Origin: Eledone cirrhosa
Lineage: Eukaryota
Length of the DNA stretch: 64,000 nt
Direction: 5' to 3'
NCBI GenBank assembly: GCA_964016885.1
Contig: OZ024744.1
Location: 135,656,001 to 135,720,000 of the forward strand
In this document: one piece after another, positions 15,053 to 27,519 of the stretch
How the letters are laid out: each line of letters starts with the position of its first letter
Position numbering within the stretch: the stretch's first letter is position 1
Program-made: the position numbers and the translations under genes
Notes under the pieces: generated by a model
Database searches by the model: none
Told to the model about the DNA's origin: nothing
The model's input: the letters and a program-made list of their open reading frames with translations, nothing else

Positions 15053-17810
15053 TCAGGTGTAGTTTTGACATATTTCGGGAAGCATGAGTGTCTTAAAGGA
15101 TGCAGTGTCTCGGCAGCTAACAATTGACGCAGGTAGTTTGTTCCATGCTTCAGCAACTCTGAGCGTGAAAAAATGTCTGCGAAAGTCATGGGAGCTGTGC
15201 TGTTTTCTTATCTTGTAGGCATGTCCACGTGTGTTAGACACATGGAGATCAAAGAGGCGCTCAGGGTTGCAGTTGGCGAGATGGTTAAAAACTTTGTGGG
15301 TATTCACCAAGTCCATTGCCAGACGTCGGAGCTTCAATGAATCCATGCCCAGGGAAGCAAGGCGTTCAGAGTCTGGTAGGTGTCTGATGGAGGGTATGCG
15401 CTTGGTTGCACGTCTCTGAACAGTTTCCAGGAGGTCAATGTTCTGAGCAAGATAGGGGTTCCAGACTGATGATGCGAATTCCAAGTGTGGTCGCACCATA
15501 GCTGTATACAGTTTTAAATAGATGGCTGGAGAGCGGCTAACAAAGGTCTTGCTGAGTGATGCCAAGACACCCTCGGCCTTCTTGACAATCTTAGAGACAT
15601 GCTTTGTCCAACACAAATCGTTGCTGACAGTAATGCCCAGGTCACGTTCACAAGAGGACTTTTTGATGTCAGTGTTGTGGAGGGAGTATGTGGACGCTGG
15701 ATTTTTCCTTCCAAAATGCATGGTGGTACACTTGTCCACAGCCAGCTTCAGTTGCCAGTCTGTGATCCATTGCTGCATTGTGTCCAGGTCTGACTGTAGG
15801 AAAGAGTTGTAAATTTCAGGATCAGTCCTTTTGATTTCAAGGTACAGCTTGATGTCATCTGCATATTTTAGTACCGTGGCATTCTGTGGCATCTATGTCA
15901 TTAATATATGCCACAAACAAAAGAGGACCAAGAACAGATCCCTGTGGTACACCAGATGACATCTCATATGGTGAAGAATGCTGTCCTAGAACCGTGACTA
16001 CTTCCTTTCGGCTGAGAATGAAGGATTTCAGCCAGTCGAAAAGATCATCCCTCACACCCATTGCAGAGAGTTTTGCCATAAGTCTTTTGTGTTGCACAGA
16101 ATTAAAAGCCTTAGCAAAGTCAAGGTAAACAACATCCACCCATGAGCCGCTGTCAGTGATCCGGGTGATGTCCTCAAGGAACTCGATAAGCTGATCACAG
16201 CAGCTGGAGTTAGGGATAAATCCAAACTGTGAGGGCCGGATGAGGCTGTGAGAGCTCCAGAAGTTCCAAAGTGTTTCTCTGACACAGGATTCCATCAGTT
16301 TGGCCATACAGCTAGTAAGACTGACTGGACGATAGTTGACAGGTGACATGCGGTTGCCCTTTTTGAACAGGGGAATGACACTGGCAGTTTTCCACTGCTC
16401 CGGAGTAGCACCATTGTTGAGACAGTATTGAAAGAAGAAAGAAAGCTGGCGCAAAAGGAAATCCCCGCCACGTTTGAGAAGCAGGTATGTCACACCATCA
16501 AGACCAGGGGAGGCATAGTTGCGCTTATTCTTAAGGTGACGTCGCAACATTGCAGGTGTAAATTCCATAGTTGTTATGGAATTTGATGTTAGAGATGGTG
16601 GAGATGGTACATTCTGGTTTTCAACAGTAAAAATACTTGCATAGCACTCAGCAATGAGTTCTGCGCATTCCTTGGGATCGTCAGTGATCTGGCTTGTGTG
16701 GGGATTGCGAAGAGGACCAACTGGAGAGTGAGGTCTCTGCTTTGAATGAACATATTTCCAGAACACCTTACTGTCAGGATTGGTTGCGATGCACTGTTCA
16801 AATTCAAGCACTGCCTTCTTTGTCACTTGCTTGAGATGGTTGGAAGATTTATTCCGCTTTTTTCTGTTGGCATCTGATCTATGCAGTTTATATTCCCGTT
16901 CAGCGTTCCGACGTTCTTTCCTGGCAAGTCGGACCGCTGAAGTTTCCCAGATTGCACTTTTGGGGTGGTTATTTTTCCGCTTCCGTGGCACTGATGCTGC
17001 ACACGCTATCCATATTGAGTCCAGGATGCTCTGGAGTATAGAGTTCACATCTCCAGAGTTATACATCTCATGCCAGTTTGGGCGCTGTAGCTCAGTGCAG
17101 TACAAGTTCCAATCCGCCCTCTTCCAATCAAAGCAAGCAGATTGGAGATGGCTCTGGTTTTTGTTGCTGCCCTCAAGTGCCAGATTGGCAATGATCATAG
17201 CATGATCAGAGTCGCCTAGAGGTTCCTCAGTAGTACAACTGATAACCACTTCAGGAGTAGTGGTGAAGATCAGGTCCAAAGTGTTGTCACCTCTTGTTGG
17301 AGAGGTGACTACTTGTGACCAGTTTGAGTCCAGCACTAGTTCAAGGAAATCGTTTGCACCCTGTGGCCAACGAAAGGTTTCCCAATCGATCTCAGGATGA
17401 TTGAAGTCACCTGCAATAAACACATAAGCTGTTTTCTTGGCAGCAACTCTGAGGATATCGCAAAGCTGTGTGTCCTGATGGTAGTTTGGGGGGCGATAAA
17501 CAACACCAAGCAGAAGTGTTGACATGGTCATACGTATGTCACAGAAAAAAACTTCTTCCTGTGATTCGTTCAAATCAACGCAAGGAATTACCGAAAAGTT
17601 TGAACGAACGTAGACCATCACACCACCACCACGGCGGTTAATGCGGTCCTTGCGGAAAAGGTTGTACCCAGTAATGGTGAAAACCCCATCACAGAGTAAG
17701 GAATGTGCCCATGTTTCCGTGACTGTGATGAAGTCAGGGTCGATGCTTCTGACGTAGGATTCGAACAGATGTATCTTGTTGCATAAACTGCGAGCATTTA
17801 AGGACAACAA
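15053..17810 (-). pseudogene. CR1 ORF2 (endonuclease plus reverse transcriptase) with one frameshift near 15880
   Basis: The 651-aa and 279-aa ORFs overlap and join between YINDID and YADD. Confidence 0.9.
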
Positions 17811-17869
17811 TTTGTACCCTGCTCGCAGTTTATGATGGTGTGTAGAGGGTGGCAGGTTGTTCTGGTTTA

Positions 17870-19060
17870 GTTTCCCAGAGTTGTAGCAGTTTTTACATCG
17901 CCAGTTATTGTGGGTAGATCACACTCAGACCAGCTGGTATCTCTCTTCCACGTTTCACCAGCCTTGACAAACCTCCAGATCTGCCCATCATCACGCAGAC
18001 TGAAACTTTCATCTTGTGCTGAGTTCCGATTCAAGGAAGCTGCAGCACGTAGTTTTGGACATACATGGGGTGGTAGGCCTGGGCGTGTTCGGAAGGTAAT
18101 CCGATTTTCACGCCCAGCTTTAGTAGAGGCCAGATGATATGAGGTTGCCTCTGCGGGGTCCGAGAAAGACAGCCTGATGAGTCTGGGTTTTGGACCAGGT
18201 CGACCAAGGCGGAGGGCACCTTTGGGGGAACACAGCCTAGGTCTTTGGCTGAGCTGGCAGCAAATGCCTGAAGATCAGCCTTGTCCTCTGGTACCCCAAT
18301 GGCAATCACTTCATGGGTAGCAGATTCCGCAGTCTTTTCAGTCTTTTCAGCAAGAGGTACAGGGAGATTCTTTAGCAAGGCATTCCGATAAGACCCCTCA
18401 TTGTGGGGTCCTACCCGAATGCTTGCCTCTATTCCTGCAACTTCCCTTCTCAGAGCAGAAATCATTAGTTGCAGTTCCGCAAAATCTGTACTGGTCGGTT
18501 GTTGTTGTTGTTGTTGCTGCTGCTGCTGTCGTTGTTGGTGATGATGTTCCTCCACGGGAATGGCAGGGGAGGACACAGTCGCAGGTTGTTGCTGTTGTTG
18601 TTGTTGTTGGTGATGATGATGTTCCTCCACGGGAATGGCAGGGGAGGACACAGTCGCAGGTTGTTGTTGTTGTTGGTGATGATGATGTTCCTCCACGGGA
18701 ATGGTAGGGGAAGACACAGTCACCAGTTGTTGGTGTCGAGATGTACTGGGAGTGGAAGACATGGGTTGTTGTTGTTTCTGATGTTCTCCCACAGGAATAA
18801 CAGTAGAAGCCAGTGTCATAGGTTTTTGCCGTTGTTCAGTAACAATGGTGGAGGGAGATACAGTCATCGGTTGTTGTTGTTGTTGTTGTTGTTGTTTTTC
18901 AATAACATTAATAACATTAGTGGAGGCAGGCACACAGGCCAGACACTGAAAGGACCAGGATTTTAGCTTGAAACTGGTACTAGTTGTCAGGGAACAGTGA
19001 AAGTAATTGTAATAATGAATATTGTAATCCATCTGACATGTGTTTAAAGGGCAGTTTTTG
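17870..19060 (-). pseudogene. CR1 ORF1 with polyQ/His tandem repeats, probably frameshifted; bounds approximate
   Basis: 333-aa ORF (18031-19032) upstream of ORF2, with Cys residues near the N-terminus (possible decayed PHD), a coiled-coil-like segment and repeated TVSSPAIPVEEHHHHQQQ units. Confidence 0.65.
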
Positions 19061-19764
19061 GTGAAAATATTATATTTTGTTCGGTCAAGACGTGGTCAAG
19101 CGACCTTCCTTGTCGCCATTTTTGTATTTTCACAGTAAAGGCTTTACCTCACATAATATCTCACATAACATTTACATTACTTTATATATACTATTGTATC
19201 TTAATAATAATAATGAAATTATTGTGTAAAGTGCTCAGGTGCACTACAACTCGTAGTAAAGGCTTTATCTCACATAATATCGAAGCTATGAGATTTCGAT
19301 GCTATTTTGAGAACCTTAACATCATTATAAGTGGCCAGTTACAGCTGGTTTGAACAGAAAGAGGTGAGATAATTCTGGCTGAATACAACTGGTTTAAATG
19401 CTAAAGGGTTAAACAATCTATTGTTATACACCGACAACAATATACACTAGTTATAATATAAATCTATGTTATATACAAAATGTATGTATATTTTCTGGTA
19501 TGTATATTTTCTGGTAGTGAGGGTGATAGATAAAAAAACATACTCAAATATAAGCTGAGAAATATGTAAACCCCACAAAAAAAATCGATGGTCAAAAGGT
19601 GGGGGTCAGATGCCTTATATTCACCATCGTAAGATAATGCCTTGGTTTATAAATAAGGTTTAGATTTTTGCCCATTTGTCAGAAATAAGAAAGGAGGGAG
19701 AGTTATATTCGAGTATAAACAGTATATAAAATGTCACAGTAGTTTCATTTTCTATTTTTTACAC

Positions 19765-20245
19765 CAGTACACACTGTAAAGTGGTCATGTAGGTGTCACA
19801 ACAAAAAGTACCCAGTACATACTGTAAAGTGGTCATGTAGGTGTCACAACAAAAGAACCCAGTACACACTGTAAAGTGGTCATGTAGGTGTCACAACAAA
19901 AAGTACCCAGTACACACTGTAAAGTGGTCATGTAGGTGTCACAACAAAAAGTACCCAGTACATACTGTTAAGTAGTCATGTAGGTGTCACAACAAAAGAA
20001 CCCAGTACACACTGTAAAGTGGTCATGTAGGTGTCACAACAAAAAGTACCCAGTCCACACTGTAAAGTGGTCATGTAAGTGTCACAACAAAAAGTACCCA
20101 GTCCACACTGTAAAGTGGTTGGTGTTAGGAAAGACATTCAGCTGTAGAAACCTAGCCAGAAATATTTCTGTATGAGCAAGACATGGTCAACTGATCCAAC
20201 TTGCCTCTAAACGGGACAAACCGTGTAACCGATGCTAGCATGATG
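19765..20245 (+). repeat. 48-bp minisatellite (~7 copies) continuing into an RTE/SINE-type 3' end
   Basis: Unit CCCAGTACACACTGTAAAGTGGTCATGTAGGTGTCACAACAAAAAGTA runs directly into GGTTGGTGTTAGGAAAGACATTCAGCTGTAGAAA, the RTE 3'UTR motif seen elsewhere in the window. Confidence 0.85.
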
Positions 20246-20405
20246 ATACATTGAAAGGGGTCTAATAATCAAAAGGTCAAGGTTTAATGGTTCTAATTGC
20301 ATCAGCATTATGTAATGAAACTCAATGTCCAATTAGTTCAGTTGGTCAGGTGCAGTTCAACTAGAAAGAATGGTAATTGGAATTCAATCTTTCACTGTGA
20401 CTTAC

Positions 20406-20507
20406 CTGTTGTATGAGTGGTTTCAAAACACATGAACTTTGCCAGCCTACATAAGCAGCAACACCAACAACATTCTCGAAAAATGATGCCCGTAATTGCC
20501 AATCAAG
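20406..20507 (-). CDS. PIK3R4: PIK3R4/VPS15 coding exon (102 nt, phase 0/0): [34 protein letters not shown]
   Basis: tttcag acceptor and gtaag donor. Matches human [34 protein letters not shown]. Confidence 0.97.
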
Positions 20508-20899
20508 CTGAAATATAAATAACAACAACTACATTGTTTTAGCTCTGACAAATCTTTATAGATACAAGTATGTGAATTTTTATATGTCTAATGATATATG
20601 GTATGTTTAAGTTAATAAACACTTGGAAAGCCTTCTAGTTGTGAGTATTGAAAAGCTTGATGACTAACGCCATCTAGTGGATTCCAGCAGAAGCAGTGGG
20701 GGACAACTATCAATGTACATTTCAGGCTGTTGCCATCATCAGGACAGTGGTTCCCCTGCTCACTGATGGTACTTGAAACAGGTGAAAATATAGTTTTTTC
20801 ACCTGTATAGATGGGCTGATTAGCCTCATTTGCATATGGAGCTGTGTAAGTTGTCTCAGCTTGAAAGTAGGACTAAATTTTATGAGCTCCGACATAGTT

Positions 20900-21240
20900 A
20901 TCATCATCATCATCATTTTACGTCTGCTTTTCCCTGCTTGCAAGGATGGGACAGGAACTGATTCTGGCTTGATTTCTACAGCTGGATGCCCTTCCTAACA
21001 CCAACCTCATTTACTGTGTGGGCTGGGTGCTTTTTTGCCGTGGCACCTCCACGACCACTTTGTAGTGGAATGATATGGACCCCAGTCCCTATCATCTCAT
21101 TTCTACAGCTGAGTAAACTGGAGCAATGTGAAATAAAGTGTCTTGCTCAAGGAAACAACACATCACTCGGTCTGTGAATTGAACTCACAACCTTTCGATT
21201 GCAAGGCCAATGCCTCTAACCACTAAGCCATGTGCCTCCA
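20900..21240 (-). mobile_element. tRNA-derived SINE with CORE-like centre and RTE-derived tail
   Basis: A box TGGCTTAGTGG, B box GAGTTCAATTC, central CCTTGAGCAAGACACTT, and a 3' end shared with the RTE at 26430-26485 plus an (ATG)n tail. Confidence 0.88.
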
Positions 21241-21305
21241 TAGGTATATATATAGGTATATATATGTAATTCAGATTCTTCGATACTGTTTTAATTACAT
21301 GACTT

Positions 21306-21447
21306 TTACACCTGTCATACCAAACCACCTCACACCATATCTGTCATACCATTACACCTGTCATACCAAACCACCTCACACCATATCTGTCATACCATTA
21401 CACCTGTCATACCAAACACCTCACACCAAATACCTCACACCACACCT
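21306..21447. repeat. Short ~49-bp tandem repeat
   Basis: TTACACCTGTCATACCAAACCACCTCACACCATATCTGTCATACCA-like unit, about 2.5 copies. Confidence 0.75.
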
Positions 21448-21467
21448 AATTTCACAAGACAGAATAT

Positions 21468-21795
21468 GGAGGCACATGGCTTAGTGGTTAGAGCCTTGCA
21501 ATCAAAAGGTTGTGAGTTCAATTCTCAGACCGGGTGATGTGTTGTTTCCTTAAGCAAGACACTTTATTTCACATTGCTCCAGTTTACTCAGCTGTAGAAA
21601 TGAGATGATAGGACTGGGGTCCCTATCATTCCACTGTAAAGTAGACGTGGAGGTGCCACGGCAAAAAAGCCCCCAGCACTCACTGTAAATGAGGTTGGTG
21701 TTAGGAAGGGCATCCAGCTGTAGAAATCAAGCCAGAATCAGTTCCCGTCCCACCCTTGCAAGCAGGGAAAAGCGGACATAAAATGAAATGAAATG
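21468..21795 (+). mobile_element. Same tRNA/RTE-tail SINE family, inverted relative to 20900-21240
   Basis: GGAGGCACATGGCTTAGTGGTTAGAG...GAGTTCAATTC...GCAAGCAGGGAAAAGCGGACATAAAATG. Confidence 0.88.
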
Positions 21796-22151
21796 AGAAC
21801 AGTTTATATTAAACTGTTTACATTTATGTAAAAAAACTTTACTCTTATAATTTTATGTCAGAAACTTTGAGATATTTTACAAAATCTACCTTTGGGTCCC
21901 ATATAATAGGGGGAGGGGAGAATAAATGGGAAGGGGCGAATAAGCAAGGTTGTTAAAATAAGCAGAGGGGGTATTGGAAAATGAGTAATTTTTTTAGGTT
22001 GTTTTCAATTGTTTTTTATTTTTTAAACCAGAATTAGTCATTTAGTTTACATATTGAGACCCCAATCCATGCTATTTATTTTATAACATGAGATTTCTAG
22101 TAATGTTCGTTTTTGTCATGTATAATGTTTTATAATGTCTAATGAAAATTG

Positions 22152-22492
22152 TCACATGAAGGCTCTATGATGCGTGTATACGAACAGCAATGTTACTTGG
22201 TAGTGAGACAATATGCCCCTACACCCTCCCACTGCAAAATGGTTGTGTAGGTGTCGCAATAAAAAAGCACCCAGTCCACCCTGTAAAGTGGTCATGTAGG
22301 CGCCACAGTAAAAAAGCACCCAGCACTCTGTAAATAAGGTTGGTGTTAGGAAGGGCATCCAGCTGTAGAAATCAAGCCAAAATCAGCCCTGTATGAGCAA
22401 GGCATGGTCACCTGACCTAGTATTGCCCACAACAGGACAACCCATCTAACCCATGCTAGGGTGGAAGAATGGACGTATGATGATGATGATGA
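22152..22492 (+). mobile_element. Internally deleted RTE 3' fragment (family of 50599-54130)
   Basis: [15 protein letters not shown] coding remnant fused to the 3'UTR and a (GAT)n tail. Confidence 0.8.
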
Positions 22493-23029
22493 ATGCTACC
22501 ACTTAAAATAACATTTATCCACAAACAGATTAGCAAATAAGTGAGGAGGAGGTGGAATAAGAGGGAGAGGGGAGGAAACAATGTGAAAAATTAATAAGGT
22601 GGGGGGAGGGGGCTATTACACAAGATCTGAGAGTATATTAATAATGAGAAAGTTATATTATTAGAGCCATCAAAATTCTTGATTATTTACAAAATTATTT
22701 GAAATCTGAAGGGAGATAAGCAGCATGTCATTGTAAATATGGTAAAGAAATGTTGAATTTATTCCAAGCCAAAACATTTTACAAATTCATTTCTATTAGT
22801 TTCTGCTAAATACAAAAAATGTATGGATTTTAGAAAGATAGATGTCATTTCTTCATATCTACAAAATTATGTTCAAATAGTTATGTGTAACAGTTTGTAC
22901 GAAAAGTAGAAGCCGTTACGGCTCTCACTTTTCGTAAAGATGGCTGTATATTTGTTATTTATATTTGTGTGTATGTGACTTGCAACTGTGTTAAAAATTC
23001 TATGTATCAACCATTACAGTTCTCACTTA

Positions 23030-26000
23030 AACCCCCCTCCACCCTGTTTGGTATAGTTGTCCGACGCTGTATGCTAACCACTCCCTCGCGAATATATCAT
23101 AGAACAGACACGGGGAGGACGGAGGCTCTGTAAGCCGTAATGTAGGCAACTCGTCTAGGAGAGCTACCACTCCGAATAAATTGGTGCGGGGTAGAGAAGT
23201 CCCCTAAGTCCAGTAAGACAACCTCTCTAGTGCTGGTGGCACGAATAAAAGCACCCAGTCCATGCTGTAAAATAGAGGGGCAGATAGGGCCCCTGAGTCC
23301 AGTAAGACGACCTCTCTAGTGCTGGTGGCACGAATAAAAGCATCTAGTCCATGCTGAAAAGTGGTGCTGGTGTAAGGAAGGGCATCCAACCAGTATAATA
23401 AATGCCAAAATTATGAGCACAACAAATAAGAATTGCAACAACTACGTAAACAGCAATAACACTGACCATGTTAGGGCTGCGCACGGTAGTGGGGTGGCTG
23501 GTGAGGCCGTGTGCGAGAACCTCTCAACCGTCATCAAGCAATCGCACAAAAACAACTACGTCAACAGCAATAACACTAACCATGTTAAGGCTGCGCACGG
23601 TAGTGGGGTGGCTAGTGAGGCCATGTGTGAGAACCCCACGAACGTCATCAAGCAATCGCACAGCAGGAAAAAGAACAAGAATATGAGGATGTCGCATCTC
23701 AGAGTTGCCACACTTAATGTTGGCACTCTCACAGGTAGATCTGGTGAGATAGCGGAGATGCTGGAGAGAAGGCATGTGGATGTGTGCTGTGTACAAGAGG
23801 TGCGATGGAGAGGTGCCTCTGAAGACTAACCACATGCAAACATCTTAGTTATAAGCTTTTCTGGGTGGGTAATGATGATGGGTTAGGTGAAGTGGGCATA
23901 TTACTGGCTGAGAGATGGATCAATAAGACAATAGAGGTAGTTAGAATTAGTAATAGAATAATTAAGATTAGATTAGTTGTAGGCAGGAGACTAGTGACAA
24001 TCATCTCTGCCTATGCTCCCCAGGCAGGCCTAGGTAAAGAAGAGACAGACTGCTTTTACGAGCAACTTTTAGAAACAGCCGCAATGACAGAGACATCATG
24101 ATGGTAGCAGGGGACTTCAATGGACATGTTGGACAGCTCCAGGATGGTTACACTGGGGTACATGGTGGGCACGGTTAGGCTCAAGAAATGAAGAAGGAGT
24201 GAGGCTTCTTGAATTTTGTGATGCAAATGCACTAACCATTTGCAACACTAACTTCCAGAAGCCTACCAACCACCTAATAACCTACAAATCTGGTGAGCAC
24301 ATAAGCCAGATTGACTTCCTGCTAGTTAGACAGTGAGACAGATGGTGTCAAATACCAAGGCATACCCTGGGGAAGAATGTACCCCACAGCATAGGTTAGT
24401 CGTTAGTGATATCGCAGTAAGCAAGAGATGGAATGAGACATACAGGAAGGTGTGGAGAAGAAAGGTCTGGAAGCTAAAAGACCTTTCACTAAAATATAAA
24501 TTTAGAAAAGCCCTTCAAGATGTATATGACGAAAAAGAAGACGATTTAGAGTCGTATGACATAGATGATAACTAGAATTTCTTATGTGACAACTTACTGT
24601 AGGCTACTGATGAAACTTGTGGCTGGAGCAGAGCTCCGACCAGACAGAGAGTGACCTGGTGATGGAACAACACGCTAGATAAAGCCATTAGAGACAAAAG
24701 ACTAGAATGGAACACTTGGAAAAATGGTGGGAGTAGAGAAGGATACACAGCCACTAAGAGAGAAGCTAGACGTCAGGTGTACTTAGCACGCAAGGAGGCA
24801 GAGAGTAGGAGGTTTGCCAATGTTCTGCGACAGGAAGATCAGAGACGTGCGGTGTTCCACATTGCAAGGCAGTGTGTCAGTGTAAATCAGGATGTTGTTG
24901 GAGATAAGTGTATCCAGAATGATGCCGATGTACTTAGTGTCACGAATGATCAAAATAAGGAGGCCTGGAAATGCCATTATGAGAGACTGATGAATGTGGA
25001 GAACGAATGGGAGAGAGAGAAATTACCCTTAGTAGATCCAACAGAGGGACCAGCTATTGAGATTGACGAATATAGAGTCCAAGAGGCGATTAAGGAAATG
25101 AAAAATGGTAAGGCTGCTGGACCATCGGGGATAGTTGCTGAGATGCTGAAGGCATTAGGGGACGTAGGCACTAAACTGGTTGCACGCATCATCAATCAAG
25201 CTCTATATGGTGGTGTCATACCCAAAGACTGGTGCAGCAGTATTCTCATAAATTGCTACAAAGGTAAAGGGGATGCTCTGGAGAGGAGCAATTATATGGG
25301 CATAAAGCTGATGGATCAGGTTATGAAAGTGGCAGAGAGAATATTAGCACAACTGATTAGAGAGAGGGTCAATTTAGATGAGATGCAGTTTGGTTTTGTG
25401 CCTGGGAAAAGTACAAAAGATTCCCTCTTCTTAGTGAGGCAACTACAAGAGAGGTTCTTAGAGAAGAATAAGTCACTATACTTAGCTTTTGTTGACTTAG
25501 AGAAGGCCTTTGATAGCGTACCCCAATCTGTCATCTGGTGGTCTCTAAGGAAACAAGGTGTAGAGGAATGGCTTGTGAGGACAGTGCAAGCTATGTACAG
25601 GGGTGCTGTCAGTAAAGTGAGACTAGGAATGGAGTTTAGTGAGGAATTCCAGATACAAGTAGGTGTACATCGAAGTTCGGTCCTCAGCCCACTCTTGTTC
25701 ATTGTAGTCTTCCAAGCCATAACAGAGGAGTTTACGACTGGATGCACATGGGAACTTCTCTATGCTGATGGTCTGGTTCTTATAGCAGAATCAGTAGAGG
25801 AGCTACAGAAGAAATTCTGGCTATGGAAACAGTAGTTGGAATTAAGAGGCCTGAGGGTGAACATAGCTAAAACAAAAGTGTTGATGAGTAGAAGAGAGGA
25901 CAATACTCTGATTCCATCAGGGAAATGGCCATGTTCGATATGTAGGAAAGGAACTGGCATAAATTCCATAAAATGTACGCAATGCAGATCTTGGGTACAC

Positions 26001-26485
26001 AAGAGATGTAGCGGGATAGCAGGCAAACTAACAGGTAGGAAAAACTATGTATGCAGTAGATGTACAGTGAAAGTTAGCAGTGGTAATCGCTGTGATAGAC
26101 ACATTTTTCAAGTATGCTCCATTGGATGTGCAATGTCAATGTGCGTGAACGACCAAGCATAGACGAGTTGAGAAAGAAACTGGGTATAAGAGGGATAAGT
26201 TGTGGTGTGCAGGAGAGAAGACTAAGATGGTATGGACATGTGATGCGCATGGAGGATGACCAATGGGTGAAAAAGTGTCAGGAAGTCCCAGTGGAGGGAA
26301 GACACAGTAGAGGTAGACCATGAAAAACATGAGCGGAGGTGGTGAGAGCAGACATCAGATCGCTGAAGCTCATGGAGAAGATGACGAAAGACCGTGACAA
26401 GTGGAGTGATGCTGTGCTGAATAGAACTCGTCCTACCCTTGCAAGCAGGGAAAAGTGGACATAAAATGATGATGATGATGATGAT
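23030..26485 (+). mobile_element. Near full-length decayed RTE LINE (APE, RT and PHD-like zinc finger); 5' bound approximate
   Basis: TLNVGTL, VQEVRW, SAYAPQ, GDFNGHVG, MQFGF, FVDLEKAFD, LLYAD, RRLRWYGHV. Several stops and frameshifts, an internal deletion near 26113, and an (ATG)n tail. Confidence 0.93.
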
Positions 26486-26647
26486 ATATATATATATAAT
26501 CATCATCATCATCGTTTAACGTCTATCTTCCATGCTAGCATGGATTAGACGGGAATTGTCCCACTTGGAAGGAATGTTTGAGGACTTTGACCCCAACAAC
26601 CCTCTCAGAAATAAGTGGGAGAAGAAGAAAAAGATATTTAGACTTAC

Positions 26648-26694
26648 CTTGTCATTGAGGAATGTTATCATATGGGAGAGAAGGATATCACTGG
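26648..26694 (-). CDS. PIK3R4: PIK3R4/VPS15 47-nt coding exon (phase 1/0): (A)SDILLSHMITFLNDK
   Basis: ttgcag acceptor and gtaagt donor. Matches human ANDVLLSHMITFLNDK and restores the frame between neighbouring exons. Confidence 0.95.
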
Positions 26695-26740
26695 CTGCAA
26701 TGATGAAGAAAGTGAAAATTAATATAAATATATATATACA

Positions 26741-27330
26741 CTAGCAGTGGTACCCGGCGTTGCACGGGATAAGGTATTGTGAAATATATAACCGCTTTAG
26801 CTAAGCTTAGTATTGCCACAACCACAGCTGGCAAATAATAAAGGGTCTGGTGGTACATAAGTAAGCAACACTGTGGCTTAAAACGCGAGGAAGAAGTTGT
26901 GTGCACTTACCAACTGTTTGGGGAATGAGTGTGAGATTTGTGTTGAGCAAGAGTGGCAGAATAATCGGAGGCAGCAGACAGCCAGACATACAGACAGATA
27001 TTATAAGGGCGCGTTCTGGACGCAGAGCGAATTGTAGGAAGTGACGTAATGCAGACAGCCAGACATACAGACAGATATTATAAGGGTGTGACGTTATATG
27101 TATGTATCTATCTAAAAAGAGAAAGACTAAGAATTATAGAGAGAGATTGCTAAATCGCTTAATGCGGTCCCTAGGGCATTGAATATTTGAAATTTTATTT
27201 GCTCAGAACACTCCCTGAAACATAAGTATTACATGTGTAAAGTTTGAAAACAGTCGGTTGGGTGCTTCTCGAGTTTTAGGGATTCAAACTCACACACAAA
27301 GACAGACATCCTCAGTTTTATATATATAGA
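26741..27330 (-). mobile_element. Non-autonomous Helitron
   Basis: Minus strand reads A|TCTATATATATAAAA ... CCCGTGCAACGCCGGG hairpin ... CTAG|T. Homologous to 32725-33637. Confidence 0.85.
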
Positions 27331-27519
27331 TATGTGTGTGTGTGAGTGTAAAGAAATTATAAAAAAGGGTTTGAAAAGCACACCTAGTATATATATAATA
27401 AGGATCGTTTTAGCATGTATAAAAATTGATGTGAGCAAAGCATGCTTTCTCTGTCAAATTTTAACATCAATTTTTCATACATGTTATGGGGGAGTAGATT
27501 ATACACAAGTATTTATGGT

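Larger units (their letters stand above)
14753..19125 (-). mobile_element. Near full-length CR1-clade LINE (ORF1 plus APE-RT ORF2) with (ATT)n 3' tail
   Basis: APE motifs (LNARSL, TETW, GDFN, SDH), RT motifs (YRPVSL, QFGF, YLDFAKAF, GVPQGSVLGP, YADD) and a CR1-type C-terminus (VRPHLE..W.P, TRGH, RV..AWNKLP). Confidence 0.93.

Noticed and set aside
21468-21535. tRNA gene
   Set aside because: The A and B boxes belong to a SINE head that continues into CORE-like and RTE-derived sequence; no complete cloverleaf.
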